Assembly (NCBI GenBank): GCA_031416315.1
Contig: JANOTL010000049.1
Location: 1-13,330 of the forward strand
Direction: 5' to 3'
From: Pseudomonadota bacterium
GTDB taxonomy: Bacteria; Bdellovibrionota_B; Oligoflexia; Oligoflexales; CAIYRB01
Length of the DNA: 13,330 nt
Shown here: positions 7,634-13,330 of the stretch, piece after piece
Layout: the number at the start of each line of letters is the position of its first letter
Position numbering within the stretch: position 1 is the stretch's first letter
Translations under genes and position numbers: made by a program
Notes under the pieces: model-generated
What the model was told of the DNA's origin: nothing
The model's input: the letters and a program-made list of their open reading frames with translations, nothing else
Databases searched by the model: none

Positions 7634-8553
7634 AGGTCTCGGTCTGCGTGCCCGTCTACAATGGCGCCGAGTCGATCGCAGGCCTCGTCGACAGCGTCCT
7701 GCTCGTCATGCGACCCGTGGCATTCGAGATCGTCCTCGTCAACGACGGCAGCCGCGACGGCAGCGACAAAGTGTGCCGCGAGCTGGCGCGCAAGCACGCC
7801 GAGGTGAGCTACATCGAGCTGCGCAAGAACGTGGGCGAGCACAACGCCGTCATGTGCGCCCTGAATCACGCGCGCGGCGAGTTCGTGGCGATCATCGACG
7901 ACGATTTCCAGAATCCGCCGGAGGAGATTCTGAAGCTCGTGCAGACCGCGGAGGACGGCGGCTTCGACGTCGTCTACTCGCGCTACGAGCAGAAGATGCA
8001 CGGGTTTCTGCGCAATCTGGGCAGCCGCTTTAACGGCTTGGTCGCGACCTGGCTCCTAGAAAAGCCGAGCGATCTCTATCTTTCGAGTTTCAAGGTGATT
8101 CGCGGCGAAGTCGTGCGCGAGATCATCCTCTACAAGGGCCCTTTTCCGTACATCGACGGCTTGATTCTGCGCGTCACGCGGAACATCGGCACGGTCCTGG
8201 TACGCCACGAGGCGCGAAAGGTCGGGCAGTCGAACTACACGTTCGGGAAGCTCGTGTCGCTGTGGCTTAACGTCTTCGTGAACTTTTCGGCGAAACCGCT
8301 GCGCCTCTTCACGATGTCAGGTTTCGCGATCGCGCTGCTCAGCGCGGCGCTGATCGTCTACTTCGTCGCGATGAAGTTCCTGGAGCCCGAGCAGAACTAC
8401 GGCTGGACCTCGATCATGGTCGCGACGACCTTTTTCGCCGGCATTCAGATGCTCTTCCTGGGCCTCATCGCCGAATACGTCGGGAAAAGCTACCTGACGT
8501 CGACCCAGACGCCGCAGTGGACGATCAAATCCATCGTCACCGGCGATGCTTGA
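7630..8553 (+). CDS. GT2 polyprenyl-phosphate glycosyltransferase (GtrB/ArnC/DPM-synthase-like) with two C-terminal TM helices
   Basis: Motifs VSVCVPVYN, EIVLVNDGSRD, LRKNVGEHNA, IDDDFQNPPE and RHEARKVGQSNY, with C-terminal hydrophobic helices ending LGLIAEYVGK...P. The start overlaps the upstream stop (GTGA 7630-7633). Confidence 0.9.
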   Translation: MKVSVCVPVYNGAESIAGLVDSVLLVMRPVAFEIVLVNDGSRDGSDKVCRELARKHAEVSYIELRKNVGEHNAVMCALNHARGEFVAIIDDDFQNPPEEILKLVQTAEDGGFDVVYSRYEQKMHGFLRNLGSRFNGLVATWLLEKPSDLYLSSFKVIRGEVVREIILYKGPFPYIDGLILRVTRNIGTVLVRHEARKVGQSNYTFGKLVSLWLNVFVNFSAKPLRLFTMSGFAIALLSAALIVYFVAMKFLEPEQNYGWTSIMVATTFFAGIQMLFLGLIAEYVGKSYLTSTQTPQWTIKSIVTGDA

Positions 8554-9328
8554 TCGCTCGATCGAATACCAGCGCATGGCCGCGGTCGAGGCCTCGCACT
8601 GGTGGTATCGCGCGCTGCATCAGCGCGTGCTCGCGACCTTGGACTCCGCCTTTCTGGGGCGTCCCGATCTCGCGATCCTAGACGTGGGCTGCGGCACTGG
8701 CGGGCTGATGCGGCGGCTCCAGGAGCATCGACCCGCCAGCCGTCTCCGCGGCATCGATCTGTCGGAGCATGCGGTCGAGATCGCCCGCCAGCGCGGATTC
8801 GAGGTCCTGCGAGGCGACCTGCGCCAGGTGCCGGAGCTCCTTTCGGGCGCGACCGTCGACGCGATCATCATGAACGACGTCAGCTACTTCGTGCCCCTCG
8901 CGGACTGGCCCGCAGTGCTGAACGGCTACGCGAAGATCCTGGCGCCTGGCGGCATCGTCATCCTCAACGTCCCCGCATTCCCCGCGTTTCGCGGCATGCA
9001 CGACCTCGCCGTCGGCATCGGCTACCGTCTGCGCCGTCGCGAAGTGCCGCAGCTCTACGATCCGACGCGCTTCATACGCCTCGAGACCCGGTGCTGGCCG
9101 TTCCTCCTGTCGCCCTTGATCTGGGCGACGCGTCGGCGCCAGCGCCGCTCGCTCGCGAAGAACGCGGCGCAAACGCTTCGATCGGACGTCGAGCTGCCCA
9201 GCGGCCTCGTGAACGCGCTTCTTTTCGGCGTGATGCGCCTCGAGAATCGGCTGCACGCGAGCCTCGCCCGTTGGGGCAGCTCGCTCTTCATCGTGCTCCG
9301 CCGCGCAGAAACCAACCCGTCAAGCTGA
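8546..9328 (+). CDS. Class I SAM-dependent methyltransferase of the E..HWW type, often adjacent to GT2 genes
   Basis: N-terminal MAAVEASHWWYRA, motif I ILDVGCGTG, GIDLS, LAPGGIVILNVPA...HD.AV...R and C-terminal GSSLFIV. It overlaps the GT2 stop by 8 nt. Confidence 0.85.
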   Translation: MLDRSIEYQRMAAVEASHWWYRALHQRVLATLDSAFLGRPDLAILDVGCGTGGLMRRLQEHRPASRLRGIDLSEHAVEIARQRGFEVLRGDLRQVPELLSGATVDAIIMNDVSYFVPLADWPAVLNGYAKILAPGGIVILNVPAFPAFRGMHDLAVGIGYRLRRREVPQLYDPTRFIRLETRCWPFLLSPLIWATRRRQRRSLAKNAAQTLRSDVELPSGLVNALLFGVMRLENRLHASLARWGSSLFIVLRRAETNPSS

Positions 9329-9893
9329 AGCGCTCGCGCGTAGGCTGCAAGACCTCGTGCCAGATCTCGCCACTGAGGAAGCAGGCCAGAGTCCCGCCTT
9401 CGGGCGCGATTTCGCTGGCGACGGCTTTAGGATCTCGCGCTTCGTAGAGGCGCAATGCCCCGCCGTCGGCAGCGCTCCAGTCCGCCGCGTTCAAATAGAG
9501 AACGATCGACAGCACACGACGCGAGCCGTCGCGATGGCAATCCAGATGCTTTGCGTAGAGGCCCCCGACGGGGTAGCGCGCCAGATGGCATTCCAGCTCT
9601 TCGAGCCCCAGAAACAGCTCGCGATTCAGCTCGCGTCGCAGCTCGTGAAGGCGGTCAAGCGCGACGCGCGCCGCGGGGGACGCCGTGGCCTCGTCGAGCC
9701 ACGCGATGTCGTCCGAGCGGATCGCGGGAGCGACGAGTTGTCCGTCGCCGCGGCCGATCGCGGCGGCACGCAGCGAGCCGCCTGCCGCCGCTTCCACGAT
9801 CTCCGCCCGCAACGCGGCGACCTCCTCTGCGGCAAGAAATCCGGGAACGACGCCGAAGCCGCGGGCGGCGAGGGCCGCGCCCAAAGCGCTCAC
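9288..9893 (-). CDS. 2OG-Fe(II) oxygenase, prolyl-hydroxylase (PHD/EGLN/SM-20-like) family
   Basis: Motifs IRSDDIAW, ARYPVGGLYAKHLD (HxD), RVLSIVLYLN..W...DGGALRLY, WHEVL (distal His) and RFSLTGWF (2OG-binding Arg). The GTG start overlaps the upstream TGA. Confidence 0.9.
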   Translation of the reverse strand: MSALGAALAARGFGVVPGFLAAEEVAALRAEIVEAAAGGSLRAAAIGRGDGQLVAPAIRSDDIAWLDEATASPAARVALDRLHELRRELNRELFLGLEELECHLARYPVGGLYAKHLDCHRDGSRRVLSIVLYLNAADWSAADGGALRLYEARDPKAVASEIAPEGGTLACFLSGEIWHEVLQPTRERFSLTGWFLRGGAR

Positions 9894-10828
9894 GTCGGCA
9901 TGGCTCCTAGCAGCCGCTCGAGCGCCAAGCTCGGCTCGCCAAGCGCCGCCTTCATCGCGCCGAACTCTGTCGCAGCGCTCTCGAGGAATCGTCCGCGACG
10001 CTCCGCCAGCAGCAGCCGGTTTTTCGGCGTGTGATCCGAGGGCACGAACTCCGTCGCCGTCACCTCGTAGCCGCGGCTGCGTAGCAAGAGAAAGCGAAGC
10101 GTATCGGTCATGTGCGCCGCGGTCTCGCGCCGCAGGTTCGGCGTGCGGAACACAGGCGCGAGCGGGTGCTCCTTAGTCGAAATCTCTTTCCAGTGCTGCG
10201 CGAGCTCCGCGTGGCAACACGGCGCGACCGCGATGACGTCAGATTTCATCGCGATCGCCGCGCCGAGCGCATGGTCGGTCGCCATGTCGCAGGCGTGCAG
10301 CGCCAGCGTCATGTGTGGGCGCGGAATCGGCTCGCCCTCGGGCGGCGGCGGGAAGCTCGCGGCATAGGCGCGTTCCCAAGCGCCGGCGTCGACTTCGGCC
10401 GCGAGAAACTTCATCGATTCGTCGAGGCCCAAGAGCTTGGCGCGCTCGACGCTCTTCTCGATCACCTTGGGGTTGCGGTCGATACCGATGATCTCGCAGT
10501 TCTTCGCCAACTTCTCCTTCACGTACCAAGCGACCAAAAACGCCAGGTACGAGTTGCCGCAGCACGCGTCGAAGACGCGCACGGTTGGATGGCGCTTCGC
10601 AAGGTCCTCGATCTGCGGCGCGAGCAGCGCCAGCATGTGATTGACCTGCGTGAATTTGCGGACCGAGTCGGCCGACATCGAGGCGTCGGAGTTCAGAAGT
10701 CCCAGCGCACGCAGGAGGCTTGCCCCCTCTGACGGCATTAGCAGGAGTTTCTTCCCGCCTAGTAATTTTTTCTCGCGCTCTTCGGTCCAGTACCGCTGCG
10801 CCTTGTCGGCAAAATCGTTCAAATGCAC
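9890..10828 (-). CDS. SAM-dependent methyltransferase (Methyltransf_32-like)
   Basis: Motifs KFTQVNHML, VFDACCGNSYLAF, IGIDRN, ALHACDMATDHAL, VAPCCH, TDTLRFLLLRSRGY and EFV...HTPKN are characteristic of this family. Confidence 0.85.
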   Translation of the reverse strand: MHLNDFADKAQRYWTEEREKKLLGGKKLLLMPSEGASLLRALGLLNSDASMSADSVRKFTQVNHMLALLAPQIEDLAKRHPTVRVFDACCGNSYLAFLVAWYVKEKLAKNCEIIGIDRNPKVIEKSVERAKLLGLDESMKFLAAEVDAGAWERAYAASFPPPPEGEPIPRPHMTLALHACDMATDHALGAAIAMKSDVIAVAPCCHAELAQHWKEISTKEHPLAPVFRTPNLRRETAAHMTDTLRFLLLRSRGYEVTATEFVPSDHTPKNRLLLAERRGRFLESAATEFGAMKAALGEPSLALERLLGAMPT

Positions 10829-10857
10829 CTCGTTTCAGCGCCCTTCTACACAAGTTC

Positions 10858-10878
10858 TCGATGGGATTCGATGGGATT
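10858..10878. repeat. Perfect tandem direct repeat, TCGATGGGAT x2 (+T), in a divergent intergenic region
   Basis: The sequence tcgatgggat-tcgatgggat-t has a 10-bp period and lies between the starts at 10828 (-) and 10901 (+). Confidence 0.7.
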
Positions 10879-10900
10879 TCGGGGTAGGCTCCGCCGCGCC

Positions 10901-12214
10901 ATGGCATTCCTAGAAGATCAGCTTTTTTCGAGCCTTTTCGGCGAGGCCGGCGCGGTGGCGCGCTTGGCGGCGAACGGACGTTTGCCCGAGGCCGAGGCGC
11001 TCGCGGCGACCTTGTCGCCGCGCTTGGCGCCGCACGAGCAGGCCGCGGCCTATTATCACGTGCTCGCGGCTTACGCGCTCGCGTGCCGGCATACGGAGGC
11101 GCGGCGCGCCTTTCGCCTCCTGGTGCGAACGCGCGGCAGCAAGTTCTACGGCTGGCACGGCGCCGCACGCTTGCGGCTCGCCGACGGGCGGATTCGCGAG
11201 GCGACGAAGCTCGCGAGCCAGGCCGAAGTGTCTAACGATTACGAACGCTTTCTCGCGGACGAGCTTGCCGGGCAACTCGCCGGCTTGAGCGGCGACGCGG
11301 AGCGTGCGGCGACGCATCTCGAGCGCGCCGCAGCTTGGATTCGCGCCGCAGGCCGCGTCGTCACGGCGGATCAACTGAGCGGGCTCGTGCCGCTCTTCAG
11401 GGCGCGGCACGGGTTGGCCCGAGCCTTGCCGATATTGCCGGCCGATGCGCATCCATTGCAACGCGCCGCGTTCGCGCTCGAGACCGCGCGGCTCGCCGCA
11501 TTGGCGGAGGATCTGCAGACGGCGCGAGGCTGTCTGCGGGACGCGGCCCGGCTCGCAACTGTCGGAGCTTCCACACGTTTTGAGCTTACCATAACCATCC
11601 GAACCATCGACCTAGCTCTGGCCGAAGGCGACGCGGCAACGGCACGCGTCCTCGCGCGGCGGTTGTCGGCGACGCTCGACGTGCGGCGGGACCGGATTCC
11701 GTTGTTCGAGCTGGTGGCGAGGGAAGAAGCCGCAGCGCGAGCGCTCGGCATGCAGGATGCCTCGGTCGTGTTGCAATCGCGGCTCGTGCAAATGGCGCAT
11801 CGGACGGGGTACGTGCCGCCGCGGTTTCCGTCGGGAGACAAGCTCGCGGAAGCCAAAGTCACGCCTCGCCCTCCGCGGCGGAGCGAAAGCGCTTCCCTCA
11901 ACGTTCGGCAAGTCGAGCTGGTCGAGGCGCTCGTTGCGGGCGAGGTCCTCGACGTTCACGCCTATCGCGCCCGCTTCGACGTCTCCGAGATCACGGCTTG
12001 CCGTGACCTCGCGCGACTCGTGGCGCTCGGGCATCTGGAGCGCCTCGGGAAGGCGCGCGCGACGCGTTACCGGTCGGTGAGCACGACGGGGCCGTCGTCC
12101 TCGTTGCCCGGGAGCTCGGAGAGTGCAGGCAAATCCGACAAGTGGGCCAGCTCGGCCATCAGCTTCTCGTCGGAGATCCAGCCCTCTTCGACCAAGACCG
12201 ACAGCTCAAGATAA
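10901..12214 (+). CDS. Alpha-helical (TPR-like) protein with a C-terminal DeoR/Fic-type winged HTH; putative transcriptional regulator
   Basis: The body is Ala/Leu/Arg-rich and helical (ARRAFRLL, AERAATHLERAAA, ARGCLRDAARLA). Nt 11897-12070 encode LNVRQVELV...YRARFDVSEITACRDLARLVALGHLERLGKARATRY. ATG 10901 is preferred over 10823, which overlaps the divergent gene start. Confidence 0.7.
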   Translation: MAFLEDQLFSSLFGEAGAVARLAANGRLPEAEALAATLSPRLAPHEQAAAYYHVLAAYALACRHTEARRAFRLLVRTRGSKFYGWHGAARLRLADGRIREATKLASQAEVSNDYERFLADELAGQLAGLSGDAERAATHLERAAAWIRAAGRVVTADQLSGLVPLFRARHGLARALPILPADAHPLQRAAFALETARLAALAEDLQTARGCLRDAARLATVGASTRFELTITIRTIDLALAEGDAATARVLARRLSATLDVRRDRIPLFELVAREEAAARALGMQDASVVLQSRLVQMAHRTGYVPPRFPSGDKLAEAKVTPRPPRRSESASLNVRQVELVEALVAGEVLDVHAYRARFDVSEITACRDLARLVALGHLERLGKARATRYRSVSTTGPSSSLPGSSESAGKSDKWASSAISFSSEIQPSSTKTDSSR

Positions 12215-13077
12215 ACTTTTTTCGAGTAGTGCTTCTCGAGGCTCGCTCGGGCCTCGGTGCCGATCTCTTTGATGCGCGAGCCGCGCTCGCCGATGACCAT
12301 GCCCTTGTGGGATTTCCGGTTTACGATGACGTCGGCCTTGATCACGACCATGTCGTCGCGCTCTTGCAGCTCGTTGATCCGGACGGCGGCGCCGTAGGGG
12401 ATCTCTTCGCCGAGCTGGCGGAAGAGCTGCTCGCGCACGAGCTCGCCCACGAGGAACGAGGTCGGCATGTCGGTGAGGTCGTCCTTGCCGAAGAGCCAGG
12501 GACCTTCGGGCATGTACGCGGCGAGAAACTCGCGGAACGGCTTCACCAGCTCCGGACGCTTGGCGGAGATCAGGACGGCCTCTTTTTGCACGAGACGCTT
12601 GGCGAAGGGCTTGCCGTCTTCGCTCTTGATAAATTCGTCCAGGGAGTTCTCGATGCGCGCGAGCTGCGAGTCGTAGAAGAAGCGCTTCACCAGGTCGCAT
12701 TTAGTCGCGACGACGACGAAGGGCGCGCTGGTCGCTTCGAGGATACGGCGCAAGTGCACCATGTCCTCGTTCGTCCACGTCTTCACGAGGTCGACGAGGT
12801 AGACCAAGAGATCGGCGTCGGTCGCGGCATGGATGGCGACGCGGTTCATCGCCTGGTTCATCAAGGGGCGACCCTTGGAATGGTGCACGCCGGGCGTGTC
12901 GAGGAAGGCGATCTGCGTCTCGTGCTCCGTGACGAGGCCCAGGATCCGGTTGCGCGTCGTCTGGGGACGGCGGCTTACGACCGCGAGCTTGTCGCCGACG
13001 AGCGCGTTGAGAAGCGTGCTCTTACCGGCATTCGGCCGGCCGAGTAGGGCGACGTAGCCGCAACGGGGCGTGGTCAT
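12067..13077 (-). CDS. era: GTPase Era (ribosome biogenesis)
   Basis: G1 GRPNAGKS, G2 PQTTR, G3 DTPG, G4 TKCD, G5 SAK, ELVREQLF...EEIPY and KH domain KGMVIGERGSRIKEIG. Confidence 0.97.
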   Translation of the reverse strand: MTTPRCGYVALLGRPNAGKSTLLNALVGDKLAVVSRRPQTTRNRILGLVTEHETQIAFLDTPGVHHSKGRPLMNQAMNRVAIHAATDADLLVYLVDLVKTWTNEDMVHLRRILEATSAPFVVVATKCDLVKRFFYDSQLARIENSLDEFIKSEDGKPFAKRLVQKEAVLISAKRPELVKPFREFLAAYMPEGPWLFGKDDLTDMPTSFLVGELVREQLFRQLGEEIPYGAAVRINELQERDDMVVIKADVIVNRKSHKGMVIGERGSRIKEIGTEARASLEKHYSKKVYLELSVLVEEGWISDEKLMAELAHLSDLPALSELPGNEDDGPVVLTDR

Positions 13078-13086
13078 CGGATCAGG

Positions 13087-13093
13087 ACCTCCT
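13087..13093 (-). promoter_or_regulatory. Shine-Dalgarno sequence AGGAGGT for era
   Basis: The plus-strand acctcct at 13087-13093 lies 9 nt upstream of the era ATG. Confidence 0.8.
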
Positions 13094-13151
13094 GGAAAGG
13101 GGGCCCTTCATAACACACTTTATCGTCGGAGTGGTTTTCCGGCGTTATTTA

Positions 13152-13328
13152 TTAGATCTCATTATGAATTTTAAGGCTGGGTCCGGCCGGACCGGTCTTC
13201 CAAATGAGGCCCTGGTCCCGGTTCAGGTCGCGGGGACTCTGGGGGCCGATGAGGTCCAGCTTGCGGTCGTCGCCGCCCCCGTCCGAGGCATGCTCGGCCG
13301 CCGGCGCTTCCCCTTGCGCCAGGTCGGC
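13152..13328 (-). CDS. 3' end of an unidentified gene running in from beyond the window
   Basis: An open minus-strand frame reads ADLAQGEAPAAEHASDGGGDDRKLDLIGPQSPRDLNRDQGLIWKTGPAGPSLKIHNEI followed by TAA TAA, with mostly G/C third positions. No recognisable motif. Confidence 0.45.
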   Translation of the reverse strand, partial: ADLAQGEAPAAEHASDGGGDDRKLDLIGPQSPRDLNRDQGLIWKTGPAGPSLKIHNEI

Positions 13329-13330
13329 CG

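Noticed and set aside
12142..13047. Long alternative ORFs (this 301-aa one, also 6061-6930, 8602-9447, 10239-11168 and 4285-4998)
   Set aside because: They are antisense or off-frame shadows of well-supported genes, typical of high-GC DNA, with no motifs; most are Arg/Ala/Pro-rich.
13108..13146. era promoter (minus-strand TAAAGT at 13117-13122, or TG-T-TATGAA)
   Set aside because: There is no matching -35 at suitable spacing, and it is ambiguous which hexamer would be used.
13180..13193. Perfect 14-bp palindrome GGTCCGGCCGGACC
   Set aside because: It is very GC-rich, lies in a probable coding frame, has no U-tract and occurs once. Chance is likely.
13152..13330. Assigning the upstream partial gene as rnc, the usual neighbour of era
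   Set aside because: No dsRNA-binding-domain motif is visible in the 58 codons available.
1..13330. CRISPR array, tRNA/rRNA, IS element, integrase, or phage-defence system
   Set aside because: No spaced DNA repeats, RNA-gene signatures, or transposase, integrase or nuclease motifs were seen. None of the methyltransferases shows DNA-methyltransferase motifs such as DPPY/NPPY.

Overview
GC-rich bacterial window, densely coding, with no RNA genes, CRISPR array or transposase. From left to right it holds: (1) a decayed CocE/NonD-family serine hydrolase with an in-frame TAA, cut off at about 520; (2) a class I SAM methyltransferase; (3) a convergent, predicted lipoprotein with three novel-looking beta modules, a Kelch/Asp-box propeller and a C-terminal Ig domain; (4) a divergent, tightly coupled five-gene operon encoding an LhgO-family FAD oxidoreductase, a two-gene membrane/spermidine-synthase-like pair with non-canonical catalytic motifs, a GtrB/ArnC-type GT2 glycosyltransferase and a second methyltransferase; (5) a minus-strand pair of a methyltransferase and a PHD-type 2OG-Fe(II) oxygenase; (6) a helical-repeat protein with a C-terminal winged HTH; (7) era; (8) the 3' end of an unidentified gene. 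The best candidate for an undescribed system is the 633-9328 block, inferred to be a lipid-carrier-linked envelope or lipoprotein modification locus. All family calls come from motif recognition by eye, not from database searches.
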